Below are positions 22,319 through 34,754 of a DNA stretch of 46,178 nucleotides, in pieces; within the stretch, counting starts at the first letter, position 1, and each line of letters opens with the position of its first letter. The notes below the pieces were generated by a model. The model made no database searches. It was given only the letters and a program-made list of their open reading frames with translations, and was not told the DNA's origin. The position numbers were made by a program, and so were the translations under genes. Source of the stretch: Chiloscyllium plagiosum (taxonomy: Eukaryota); NCBI RefSeq assembly GCF_004010195.1, contig NC_057750.1, positions 1,449,218-1,495,395 on the forward strand, read 5' to 3'.

Positions 22319-24399
22319 AAAGCTAAATTTAATTTTACCGACGTTGAAATAACCTTATCAATAACAGCATTCCAGTATTTCCTTTAATTTTATTCCACTT
22401 TTCTTCAAAATCTTAACTTTCATTGGTGAAATAAATATTTCTGTTTCAGTTAAAATGCAGCAAAGATTCAATGCCAACACAGAAAAAGAAACGAGTCGCG
22501 GAAATACATCCCCCCATCCTCCACCACCGTCACAACTTTGTCAGACAGTTATTTACAGTGAATTATGGAGAGCTTTTGGCAAAGTCTGGGGAGGTCAGGG
22601 GGAGACATTGGGTCACAATTACAAACAGTGGTGCGAAAATATAACTGCCATTCTGAAATTCTTTTTTCAAACATCATTTGGGCATTTTTTGTGAAAAAGG
22701 TGGAAATCACGACTAGACCCTCAACTGTGCTTTGCTTATTGAATGGACCTTCGAATGGATAAAGGTCTTGAGGGGTTGAAAGATCAGAGTTCGGAGTTCG
22801 AGCCCTCTTGCTTGTACACTTCACTACGAATGGGAATGGTCAAGAAGAAAGTGCAAGTAAAACAGGAAATAGTGAATGATCATGATATAGAATCACAGTC
22901 ATACTCCAGAGGACGCCTCACAAATGTCCTGTACAATCCCAACATAACGTCACAACTCCTGTACTCAAAGGTCTAAACAGTGAAGGCAATTAAAGCAGGA
23001 GGAGGCTGTGGCTCTCCACCTACCCCACAGTGCTGGATGACCAGAATACTCCCACTCTCTCTCCCTGCCATCCGACTATCCGAACGATTTTATAGATTTA
23101 TACTGTTTGGTCACATTCCTGTCATGGTTGCCATGTCCTTGTGTGAGGCTTGACCCGAGAGCTTCTGATCAAGAGTTGGGACACTACCTACTACCCCCAT
23201 TGGCCTTCCAAGGTTGGCAACTATGGTGCCATGTATCCCCAGAGCTTTCATAACTTGACCACTTCAAGCCTCCCTCACATTGATGCCGTTGGTCTTCCAA
23301 GAGTTCAACGTTTGCGGCACCACGCTCCCCTCTTCCCACCCCAGCTTCCCCACCTGCAAACATCCCCCCCCCCACCACCATTCCACAAACACCCCCACCC
23401 CATCCCCGTCCCCATCCCCGTCCCCGTCCCCGGGACCAGTTACAGAGCAGACTGCCCATGACCCACCTGGTAACTTCTTAACTGTCAGGCAGCTCCTTTC
23501 TCTCGTTCAATATTTCCATCATGAAGAACCAACACCATCCAGGGGCCTGGTAATGTATTTAATGGCGCCATTGCTTTCCTTCCAGTGATCTCTCACGGCT
23601 GGGTCACGGGATTAAGCCCCAATTCCTGTCGACTCTAAGGCAATCCTGAAGGGTGGTGACCTGACCTCAGAGGCAGGAGCACAGGGCTCTCCATCAGGTT
23701 GGGTAGGTTGCACAGCCTGGTCAAAAACAGTGCGGTACAAATGGCAGCCTGCAAGAGACATTTAGAACTTGTCCCTGCTTTAAGAAAGGGGTTATCCGCT
23801 GTGATCTGGGGCCTGCTGGCCAAGGAAAGCCTTGGGTTCAGTCCTCAGCTGCTGCTGAACTGGAGAGGAGACTGAAGGCCCAGTTAGGAGGCACATTCAC
23901 TCTCAGTCTCTCTTTAGGCATCATGCCCTGAGAGTACGTTGGGGGGGTGAGCACAGACTTCATGGCCATGGGTTGGGGGCAGGGTACCTCTGCAGTTTGC
24001 ACTCACTGCTGTAGATCACTGGCCAGGCCCATCTCCTGCTCTCCATCTCTCATTGATACATGTTGAAAGGACGTGTAATTTATGTTTGACCATGGTATGA
24101 CCATACCACCCTTAACTGAAAAGCCCTGAGCCAAACTGAAACTTTGGGGCTTCTGGCTCAAAGGCAGGGACATTACCCATTGTGCTAGGAGACCTATCAT
24201 TACAACTGACTGACAGAGCATAAAGTGTTGGGGTGAGAGCCGGATCGCTGGGTCCACTTTGATCTTCGCCTCGGTCAGACGCTCTGGCTCATTTGAGCAG
24301 GTGTCACCTTTACAGGTACAATAGCAGCATTTGATGAAAAATGATGAACCAACAAGAGGTGGCATTTGATCTTCATGACGGGGAATGACTGTGCCCTTC

Positions 24400-24600
24400 G
24401 GGTGTAATTCTGGTCTCCCTCCTACAGGAAGGATGTTGTGAAACTTGAAAGGATGCAGAAAAGATTACAAGGATGTTGCCAGGGTTGGAGGGTTGGAGTT
24501 ATAGGGAGAGGTTGAATAGGCTGGGGCTGTTTTCCCTTCAGAGACATGGATGAGTTGGACCAAAGGGTCTGTTTCCATGATGTATGCTTCTATGATTCTA
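24400..24600 (+). mobile_element. CR1 3' fragment with internal deletion
   Basis: QFWSP...RLGLFS sequence joined directly to the terminal tail. Confidence 0.8.
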
Positions 24601-24604
24601 AAAG

Positions 24605-24926
24605 GTCAAGGAATAGTCGATGAAATATCCTGGACATTGAACTCTTCTGTTAAATCTTACCCATTTGTGAATTTTTTTTTCAAGTTAAAGTAATTGCCAA
24701 AAACATTTATGTCATCATTAAAAATGTTTTTTTATTTTCTATTGATTTCACAAATCATTGGTTATCAGACCTACAAAATATCGCAGCTTATTAACTTGAT
24801 CTGCTTCTGGTTTATTATTTAACTTTGAAGCAATTTCTAATCTTAAAAATTGTTTTCTCCATAAACTCCAATCTTCTGTTAAGTTAGGGCCATCTCTAAT
24901 CCTGAATCTGCTCAGGAGTATGATGT
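24605..24926 (-). pseudogene. Gypsy/Ty3 LTR retrotransposon gag remnant
   Basis: DWSLWRKQFLRLEIASKLNNKPEADQVNKLRYFVG, then after stops/frameshifts FGNYFNLKKN and RFNRRVQCPG. This follows the W-x-x-W..F.R..IAS.L..K....QV..L.Y..G / YF...N / FN.R.Q.PGE pattern of Gypsy gag. Confidence 0.72.
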
Positions 24927-25154
24927 CTAAATTAGAGTGGTGCTGGAAAAGCACAGCAGTTCAGGCAGCATCCGAGGAGCAGTAAAATCAACGTTGCAGG
25001 CAAAAGCCCGTCATCAGGAATACAGGCCTGATGAAAGGCTTTTGCCCGAAACGTCAATTTTACTGTTCCTCGGATGCTGCCTGAACTGCTGTGCTTTTCC
25101 AGCACTACTCTAATCTAGACTCTGGTTTCCAGCATCTGCAGTCATTGTTTTTAC
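24927..25154 (+). mobile_element. PLE-derived self-inverted element with hammerhead cores on both arms
   Basis: Perfect 16-bp TSD ctcaggagtatgatgt (24911-24926, 25155-25170). Plus core CTGATGA-A-AGGC(TTTT)GCCC-GAAA-CGTC at 25028-25055; minus core CTGATGA-C-GGGC(TTTT)GCCT-GCAA-CGTT. Confidence 0.9.
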
Positions 25155-26067
25155 CTCAGGAGTATGATGTGTCTCATATGTCTCCTTAGTGTATTGATCA
25201 ATCCCAGAACTTTAAATCATGTTTTGAATCTGACATTCTATGAACTTAGCTTTATGTATTCAGGAAGTTTGTTTTATTTTTAATCACTGTGTAGCTTGCT
25301 AATATCTTTTCAACTTTTCTACAAAAACAATTTTTCTGAATTCTGTAACACTGATGCTCTCTCCTAAATTATATTTAATTGTCACTGAGTAGTGATGTAC
25401 TATGCCTGGCTTCTAAGCTTTCTGTCTCATAAATATTCCTTTTAATGTTAATATGTTTGTGCCTTAAAATTCTGTGCTGTGGCATTGTTTTTCTAATAAA
25501 ACATTTCAAATTCCTTTAAACGTTTCAGAGACTGTAAATTCTCTCTGCACTTCCCAATTTTTTTTCTGTACAACCTTCCCAGTTGTAGAAAGCAAAATTA
25601 ACCGATCTTGTCTGTTTAGCTTCTCCATGTAACCTTCCTGACTTTGCAAATAAAATAGAAGGGTTCGAGCCATTTTCACTTCTGGCTTTGTTGAATCCAC
25701 GCTTTTCGCATCATTAAAATATGCTACGGTTTTTTTAATACCACTTTCTCTTGTCTCTGAAATGTTTGACTTGTCTGTTTCTTTGCCTGCCATGAACTTA
25801 ATGATGTTTAAATTTTCTGACTTTGATTGAAATTAAGGTTATAGTCCTGTGTTAAATTTTGCAGCTGTAGCTTATACATCTATTCATGACTGTAGCAGTT
25901 CTCCGGTGAGTATTCCCAGTTTTGTTTCTCCCACCTTTCAGTCTGGGCTTTTGTACAATCCATACATGTTTTCTGCCCTTTTCCCACAGGAATTTAATTT
26001 AATGCCGCGGGCTCTAATGTTCATTCACTCTTCACTGAATCCAGCTCAAGCCTTTCCCTTCCTGCTT

Positions 26068-26155
26068 GAATCTGACCAGGGCTGTGCCAGAGTCAAGCAA
26101 GTGTAAATAAAGGGGGAGTTGGTGACAGGATACACGCCTCTGTGAAGTTAACTCG
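26068..26155 (+). mobile_element. 3' fragment of the short LTR family
   Basis: 'gtgtaaataaagggggagttggtgacaggatacacgcctctgtgaagtta' aligns to 20892-20941. Confidence 0.65.
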
Positions 26156-26159
26156 CCTA

Positions 26160-26455
26160 CCGTGTTGAAAGAGGCCATTTGGCCCATTGAATTCACATGA
26201 ACTCTCCAAAAAGCATCCCATCCAAACTCACCTCCCTAACCTATTCCTGTAACCGTGCTATTCCACCTAACCTGCATATTCCTGGACACTATGGGATAAT
26301 TTAACATGGCCGATCCACCCTAACCTGCACATCTTTGGACAGTGGGGAATCCCACACAGACATGAGGAGAATGTGTAAACTCCACACAGACAGCCACCCA
26401 AGGTCCCTGGCGCTGTGAGGCAGCAGTGCTAACCACTGAGCCACTGTGTAGCCCC
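26160..26455 (-). mobile_element. HE1-type V-SINE
   Basis: Ends 'gcagcagtgctaaccactgagccac' (reverse A box); V-domain present. Confidence 0.85.
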
Positions 26456-26879
26456 ACACCTGTTTAGACATCAGATTTTCTTAAAACAGCAATGCCCTTA
26501 AAGTGGTTTCCTAAATGTCCACAAAGCCTTTTCTCTTCTTTTTCATCAGGGTCTTGTGGGTTCATTACACCTTTGGTCTCTTTGGGATATTACACAACTG
26601 TGTCTGCTGCTGCCACCATGTGGTATTATGTGACAATGCATGCTGCCCTGACCGTGAGACCCAGGCAGCAAACACAGGGCAGAGAGCCGACACTAACTCT
26701 CCTTACGCTCAGTAATCTGTGGTGGAGGATGGACCATGAATAAGTCTCAGCAGAAGCAGCTTTTGTCTTTTGGAATAAGATGCTGTTCAATACATCTCAG
26801 AAACTACTTACAGGCAGAGCAACTCAGGAATATTAACGATTACTAACAAGAAGCAGAGGGGTCATTGGTGACCAGGACA

Positions 26880-27280
26880 GAGTCGAACTGATTCCCCACA
26901 AAGATTGGAGACATTGGGACTCTTCTCCTTGGGGAGAAAAAGGTTGAGAGAGGATCTGATTTAGGTTTTCAAAATCGTGTACGGGCTGGACAGGGAGAAG
27001 GTGTTCCTACTTTCAGAAGAATAGAGAGCAAGAGGCCATGGATTAAAATGGCATACAAATGAAGAGAGGGAGTATGAGGAAAGCGTTATGCGTACAGTGA
27101 GTGGTTAGGATCTGGAATCCTCTGCCTGGGAATGTGGAGCAGGCAAGTTCAATTGATGTGTTGAAGAGGATGGGTATTTGGACAGAAATTGTGTCCAGGG
27201 AGATAGGAAAAAGGCAGGAGATTGGCACGAGGGGATAGAACCAGGGTAGGCATGATGGACCAAATGGCCTCCCTGTGCAC
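26880..27280 (+). mobile_element. Decayed CR1 3' end
   Basis: 'gggactcttctccttgg...gagaggatctgatt..ggttttcaaaatc', 'cagtgagtggttaggatctggaat' and tail. Confidence 0.75.
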
Positions 27281-27924
27281 ATCCTCAAACTGGGTGGAGC
27301 TCAGCCTGACTCAATCATTAACACTTTCAGCACCATTACCTGATGTGGCCCTGTTTCCGTGGTGTAAATGGAACAACACGTTATTCAAGTGTCTTTTCAA
27401 TTAATTTCAAGCTACAATGAGAACCACCAGCAGGAGACAGAGACTCCAGTGGAATATTTGACCTCATCTCCCTTACCCAACCAGAGATCCTTCCATGGTG
27501 AGGAGCTAAGCACAGACTGAGACATGAGTAACGGATCTTCTGAAAGCTCAGCTACTACATGGTCTTTTTAAAAGTTGCCTTCCTGAATGTTATTTAATCA
27601 ACTTTTTTAAAAAATCAAATTGTGGTTCCCACTCAAATGTTTAAAAGAAAGAAATTTAATTTTCACTTTTGAAATAATTATTGCTTTTCACATGTGTCTC
27701 ATGTTTTGCCAATGGCCTTTCAGTTGGAAGCAAGTTACTCTTCATAAATTTAATTAGCATCTTCAGATTAACAAAATTGAATACAGTTTTTGGTGTTCTT
27801 TCAAAATGTTCACATTCTATATTTGCATGAAATTTTAATCAGAAGCAATTTTCTAGGTGACCTTTCCATCAGGGGATTCTACAGTACAGGAAAGCAGCTG
27901 AAAAAATAATTGAAAACCACAGAT

Positions 27925-28545
27925 GAAAGGGAGGCCAATCAGCCCATCGAGCCTGTGATATCAGAGGAAGAGCTATCTATCCCAATCTCATTTCCCAGCT
28001 ATAATTCTGTAGGTTATGGTACTTCAAGGCAAATCTGGTATGTTTCTTTTAATGGTATTAATGGGTTCTGTCTCTACCAGCCATTCCACACCTGAGTCCC
28101 AGACTCCCCCACTCTCTGAGTGAAAACAGATCTCCTTAATTCCCCTCTAAATCCTACCTCTCCCAGTCTTTTTCACCTCAGTTACTGCTCTATCCGTCAA
28201 TGGGAATAAGCTCCTCCTATTTATTTATCTAAGCCCTCCATAATTTTAAGGCACAATTAAATCTCACTTTAGCCATCTCTGTTCTCACAAACAAGGAGTC
28301 ACAGAGTCCTACAGCACAGAAACAGACCCTTTGGCCCAACTAGTCCATGCTGACCAGGTTTCCCAAATTAAACTAGTCCCACCTACCTGGTCCTGGCCCA
28401 TATCCCTCCAAACCTTTCCTATCCATGTATTTATCATAAAAAATCTCCATTTTTGGCAACGTCCTTGCAAATCTCCTCTCTCCCCCTCCCCGTCTCCAGT
28501 TTGGATCACATCCTTCCTGCAATGCAGTGACCAGAACTGCTCAGT
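27925..28545 (-). mobile_element. Two decayed CR1 3' fragments
   Basis: Reverse tails at ~27930 and ~28297; EQFWSLHCRKDVI. Confidence 0.7.
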
Positions 28546-28760
28546 GTAAGTTAGCTCAGCTGGTTGGACTGCTGGCTTATAATGCACAATGGTGCCAACA
28601 GCATAAGTTTAATTTTCAAAATCAGCTGAAGACATCCTGAAGGTCCCACATACACAGTTCTTGCTCCATGCCTGAGGTATGGTACACCTCAGGTTAAACC
28701 ATCACCGGTCATCTCCCTCAGGTAAAAGAGCAGCACTCTAGGGCTATGACAACTTTATAC
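28546..28760 (+). mobile_element. tRNA-headed SINE, third family (reverse partial copy at ~39175-39310)
   Basis: 'ttagctcagctgg' A box; 'cctgaggtatggtacacctcaggttaaaccatcaccggtc' matches the reverse complement of 39200-39237. Confidence 0.6.
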
Positions 28761-28789
28761 AGTAGTCCAGCTGTGAACTAACTCTCTTT

Positions 28790-29110
28790 TAGTCACTCAT
28801 GGGTTGTAAGTGTCGTTGACTTGGCAGCATTTATTACCCATCCCTAATTGCCCAGAGAGCAGTTTAGAGTTAACCACGGTGCTGTGACCATGGAGTCACA
28901 GACTGAGTATTTGCACACATTTCCCTTCTCCATAGGACACTGGTGAACCAGATGAGTTTGGACAAAGGTTTTGTGATCACTGCTGAGCTGGCTTTCCTCT
29001 GAATTCCAGACTTTAATTCAAATCAAATTTTACCATCCGTTAGCGTGGGATTTGAACCCATCAAGACCTTAGTCTGGACATTTCAGCATTACTATTCCAG
29101 TGACATTATC
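28790..29110 (-). mobile_element. tRNA-derived SINE (same family as 12096-12397)
   Basis: 'cagcatttattacccatccctaattgccc...gggatttgaaccc'. Confidence 0.72.
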
Positions 29111-29564
29111 CCCACACAACCATCTTCTTAGCATGTTCAAATTCATCTTGGGATTGACCATTTTATGAAAGGAGACAAATTCTTGAAGATTAGAGTCTAG
29201 ATGCTCTCTGAGGTGGAATTTGTTGAATCTGTGTGATTGAAAGGATTTGGCAGCTACGTTGCTCACTTTACTGACCACAAGAATTCACTCCCAATGGAAC
29301 ATGGGGGACTGAGCTAAGGCTGGCTGAAGGTACATACTGTAACCCATTGCTTCCAAAGTGCACACTCCCACTGGGTGAGTGGAAAACCTCAGACCTTCAT
29401 TTTCAATCATTGTCAGTGGAAAACAAAATCCAAAAGTGATCCAAATAAGATCCAGAGATTGCAGCTCATCTTTAGCATTACTGAAAGGAGTTCCAGAATT
29501 CTTTGAAGTATAAATGAGCCCAATAAATTTCTGCTGACATTTCTGTGTTTCAGGTTTTTTTTAA

Positions 29565-29850
29565 ATTCATTTTGCAGGATGTGTGTGTCACTGGCTGGGC
29601 CCAGCATTTATTACCCTGTCCCTAGCTGCCTCCCCTTGAGAAGGTGGGGGTGAGCTGCCTTCTTGACCCGCTGCAGTCCATGTGCTGTGGGTTGACCCAC
29701 AATGCCCTTAGGGAGGGAATTCCAGGATTCTGACCCAGCGACACTGAAGGAACAGCAATATATTTCCCAGTCACGATGGTGAGGGGCTTGGAGGGGAACT
29801 TGCAGGGGGTGATGTTCCCATGTATCTGTTGCCCTTGTCCTTCTGGATTG
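29565..29850 (-). mobile_element. LINE 3' end (same family as 8740-9062)
   Basis: Near-identical to the reverse complement of 8790-9060. Confidence 0.75.
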
Positions 29851-30134
29851 TGTTGTATTGAGGACCCAGGATGACTGTGTATTTTATTATGTTGGATGTT
29901 CATACTGTGGGAAAGGTAGCTTCTTTACTGACTGAAATCCAAGAAATCAAACATTCTTCTTCATGTTGTTATTCCCTTGATTTGTTTCAAATATCTAAAA
30001 CCAATCCCTTACTAATATCGATTTACCAATCAAGACAAACTCACAAGTCAATAACCTCAGTTTAAAATCAACCTTGTTTGTGTTCCTAGAGGGAGCTGGG
30101 AGGGATTGAAACCATTTTATTAATAAAAATGCTT

Positions 30135-30378
30135 ACGGTGGCTCAGTGGTTAGCACTGCTACTCTCAGTGCCAGGGACCTGGGTTCGATTCCAGCCTCAG
30201 GTGACTGTCTGTGTGGAGTTTCCACATTCTCCCTGTGTCTGCGTGGGTTTCCTCCCACAGTCCAAAGATGTGCAGGTATGGGTGGGTTAGCCATGGGGCA
30301 TACAGGGATGGGGTGGGGTGCTCTTCAGAGTGTTGATATCAACTCAGCAGGCTGAATGACCTCTTTCTACTGCAGGGA
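30135..30378 (+). mobile_element. HE1-type V-SINE (internally deleted)
   Basis: A box, B box, V-domain and tail present. Confidence 0.85.
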
Positions 30379-30559
30379 TTTTGTTTTGTGACATTTATGG
30401 GGAGTTTCTATCTGAATGTGTATTGACCTGCACTTTGCCCAAACCCAGTCCAAACACGAGGACCCCTGATGACTGAAGATCCCTTGTTGCCTGGGGGGGT
30501 ACCAATCCCACCTGGGCAATGGTTTGGTCTTTGTGCCTGGGAATAGGAAGGGAGAAAAT

Positions 30560-30730
30560 GGAAACAACAAAACAGAAATTGCTGGAAACATTGGAATAGT
30601 TCGGAAGGAGAGTCACTGGATCCAAAACATTCACTCTGCTTTCTCTCCATAGAGCTGCTGAGCTTTTCCAGCAATTTCTGGTTTTGTTTCTAATTCCAGC
30701 ATCTGAAGTTCTTTTGTTTTGTTTAGTTTA
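30560..30730 (+). mobile_element. Old PLE-derived self-inverted element (family of 11558)
   Basis: Inverted arms 'aaacagaaattgctggaaa' / 'tttccagcaatttctggttt'; flanking gagaaaatg repeats; decayed hammerhead. Confidence 0.68.
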
Positions 30731-33470
30731 GAGAGAAAATGTATCTGTTTGATTTCTGGATCGCGGCATTGGTCTTATGTGCCAGGTGTAGTGTCTGAGA
30801 GTGACCAGAACCCCATAGCACAGCAACTCAAGTAAAAATCAGCATCTTCACTTAACAAGACAAGAGGAACTGGTTGAGTGCTTGGCTTCTCCATCCTTTT
30901 ACAGCTCAAAGAAGCTAAGTTGGAGATCCCATGCGCTGATTCTTGCTGGCAAGGTGTTCATTTTCAGACTCTGTAATCTTGAGGCCGTATGGCCAAAATT
31001 TCAGGTTAATGAATTAACCTGTCATCTTAGAGCACAACAAACAATCAAACATTTCCCCGACAGCTGCTTGAAGATGCAGATCCTTATCTTAAATGTTGGT
31101 GCTGACAGGGATGCGTCAAAAGATAAAAAGAATTAATTCACAGGCATTCTCTGTGAAGCTCAGCATCGCTTCCTCAAACTACTTGTCAATTTTGTAAATA
31201 TTTAAAATGGAGCAACTTGGGATATCAGATTGAGAAGCAGAACATGAGTAAATAGACTACATGATCACGTCTTCTAATCCTTTGAAGTGTGTTTTATCTC
31301 TATCTTTGAATCAATGTTGGTTGATGTTTGGGAATCAAATTCGAAGGAACTTGGCTTGAAGACTCCCTTTTAACCCTGTGTTGCTTCCCAATAAGTTTTA
31401 ATTCCATGAGGTCCAACAAATTCAGAGCTTGAGTTTAACAACCATGAGCTCATTGAATAATGGAGCTGACTTGATGGGCTGAATGGCCTACTCCTGTTCC
31501 CATGTTGTATCGTCTGTTCCCATATCACAGGCTCCAATGGAGGTGTCTCTTAGATAAAATGTAAAAGATAAGCGTCAATTGCTCCAATCCTTTCTTCTCT
31601 CTCACCACATCATAGAGTCATCCAGCATGGAAACCGACCCTTCGGCCCAACCAGTCCGTGCTGACCATAAGCCCAAAATAAACTAGTCCCTGTGCTTCGC
31701 CCAAGTCAGTTGATGTTCTGAACATTCCCCTCTCGTTCCTTCAGTCCCTTTCCGTAGCAATGTGCAACGATCAAGACCACCCTCCTACAGCCAATGCACC
31801 GCAATTTATTCAGCGCAATGCAGGAGTGCAGGAGAATGGGATTGAAAGTCAGTGGAGGCATGGATCAGTCATGGGGTTGGGTCTCTGATCCCGATTAGAA
31901 TGTCATGCAAACTCAGAACTCAATACAATAGGGACTTGAGGTGAATTAGATAGAGTAACTGAATATACAGGTGAGGGAGGGAGGAATTGAAGATTAAAAT
32001 GGGTGGGAAAAGGATCATGGAGACCATGGCCACCAGCAAGTAGTAATAATAAAGCCTCATTTTACATGACAGATACATGACACCTTATCAAAGAGTGTAG
32101 CACGATTATAATAACAGAGTATACAGGCATATTATCACAATCACGCTACTCTGCAAACATTAGTTTTTATGTTTACTGTGTAATGTTTATAGAATTGTTT
32201 AACAATGCCATAACCTGGGTAAAGGTTAATGATGCAGTAACAGGGAAGATGTGAGAGCATGGAGCTGAAGGTGCTGAAGAGGCAGGAGGCAGGAAACTCA
32301 GTGTGGTGCCTGTAAATGGAAACTAGGTGTTCCATAATACATTATATTTACATCTTCCATTTCATCCCACTGCCACCATGTTCGTAGCTTGGATGGTGAG
32401 GAATTTGTTACATGCGTTCAAGAAAATTTTCTTTATCAGTATCTCAATTTTCCTACTCAAGAAGGAGCAAGACTCTTAGGAAACAATGCAGGGTAAATGA
32501 CTGAAAGGTTAGTAGGGGAGCACATTGGGACTAGTGATCATAATTCTATTAGTTTTTAAATAGTTATGGAAAAGAATAAGCCTTCCATAAATGTTAAAGC
32601 TTTTAATTGGAGCAGGGTCAATTTTAATGGCATGAGACATGAACTTTCAAAAGTTGGTTGGAATAGATTGTTTGCAGATAAAGGACATCTGACAAGTGGG
32701 GGGCTTTCCAAAATGTGATAACGAGAGTTCGGAGGGATTGTGTTCCTGTTAAAGTGAAAGGTAAGGCCAATAAGACTGGGGGACAATGAGTGAATAAAGG
32801 TATTGATAAATGAAAAGGAATCATATATTAGATATAAAGAACTGGGTTCAAATGAAGCTCTTAACAAATATAAAGAGTTCAAGGGTGTTCTTAAGAGGGA
32901 AATTAGGAGGACAAAGAGGGGATATGAGATAGCCTTGACAGATAAGTTTAAAGATAATCCAACAAGATTCTGCAAGTATATTAAGAGTAAAACAGCAGAG
33001 AGAGAGAGGATAGGCCCCTTAACGACAACTATGTATTGAATGTCGGGAGGTGGGAACTAAATGAATGTTTCAAGTCAGTTTTTACTATGGAGAAAGGAAT
33101 GGGATCTCGAGAACTCAGTGAAATAAATATTAATGTTTTGAAAACAGTTTGCATCACACAAGGGGAAGTGCTGGCGGTTTGAGAAAACATGAAGATGGAT
33201 AAACCTTCAGGACCTGATCAAGTACATCCCAGGATACACTTTGTAAGAAGTTAGGGAAGAAATTCCAGAGGCCCTAGAAGAAATACTTGTATCATCTATA
33301 ACCATGAGTCAGATACCGGAGAACTGGAGGGTGGCTAATGTTATGCCATTGTTTAAGAAAGCTAGTAAGGAGACGTTTGAGAACTAAAGACCCATAAGTC
33401 TGACTTTGGTAATGGGTAAGTTGGAGGAGATTCTGAGTGATAGGATTTACTTACATTGGGAGAGGCAAAG

Positions 33471-34210
33471 ATGTGGAGGTGCTGGTGTTGGACTGGGGTG
33501 GACAAGGTCAGAAGTCACATGACACCAGGTTAGAGTCCAACAGGTTTATTTGAAATCACAAGCTTTTGGAGCGCTGCCCCTTCATCAGGTGAAGTAGAGA
33601 GAGGCACATAGGCACATAATTTATAGGCGGACAGATCATTGAAAGATAATTCCAGGTAATTGAGTGTCAAAAGATATTACAAATGGTGTGAGCAGAGTGT
33701 CGATAGGCTGAAAAATAGGTCACTGCAGGTGATCAAGAGTGTTAGACAGTGTGAGTAAAGTGTCAGCAGCTGAATAACAAGTGAAGGGATGGCCTGTGAT
33801 CTGATCAAAGAGAGAGATAATTACAAAAAGTTAAAATAAGGTGGTGCTGGAGACAAACCAAACAGCTGGAATAATATGATAGGTATAACAGTCTAATCAA
33901 AGTATTAAGTAATCCGAAACTGTACAAACTAATTCAGATAGAGAGATGGTGATGGTGTCAAATCAGTAAGGCAGATTTTACAGATATAAAACAATATGGT
34001 AGGGTCACATGTAGTGTGACATGAACCCAAGATCACGGTAGAGGCCGTCTCCATGGGTACGGAACTTGGCTATCAGTTCCTGCTCAGCGATTCTGCATTG
34101 TTATGTATCTTGAAGGCTGCCTTGGAGAACGCTTACCCAAGATGGGAGGCTGAATGTCCATAATCACCATGTGTTCCTGACCAGGAGGGAACATTCCGGT
34201 CTGATGATTG
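33471..34210 (-). mobile_element. 5'-truncated Penelope-like element (GIY-YIG C-terminus, 3' UTR, hammerhead-bearing pLTR)
   Basis: Minus translation GHSASHLGVSVLQGSLQDT*QCRIAEQELIAKFRTHGDGLYRDLGFMSHYM*; hammerhead cac-CTGATGA-A-GGGGC(AGC)GCTCC-AAAA-GCTT-gtg at 33557-33591. Confidence 0.85.
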
Positions 34211-34754
34211 GTACTGAGTCCACTTTGGTTTGTCATTTACATAAAATGATTTGGATGAGAATTTAGGAGACATGGTTAGTAAGTTTGTAGATGACACCAA
34301 AATTGATGGCATAATGGACAGTGAAGGAGTTTGTCTAAGATTACAAAGAGATCTTGATCAATTGGATCAATGGGCTGAGGACTAGTAGATGGCATTTAAT
34401 TTGGATAAATGTGAGGCGTTGCATTTTGGTAAAACAAACAAGGAAAGGGTTTATACAATTAATGGTAGGGCCCTGGGTAGTGTTGTCGAACAGAAAGACC
34501 GAGGCGTTCAGGTGCGTAATTCTTAGGAAGTTGCATTTAGCACACCTGCCTTTATTGCTTAGACCTTTGAGTATAGGATTTGGAACGACATGTTGAGGTT
34601 GTACAAGACGTTGGTGGGCCCTCTTCTAGAATACTGTGAGCAGTTCTGGTTGCCCTGTTATAAGAAAGATATTATTAAAATGGAGAGGGTTGAGAAATAT
34701 TCCCAGAATACTGCTGGGAATGGAGTGTTTAAGTTATAAAAATAGTCTGCATAA

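Noticed and set aside
26492..27560. Acceptor-like sites and short open frames (26550, 27413-27497; similarly 30905)
   Set aside because: No recognisable protein and no consistent phase chain; such signals are expected by chance.
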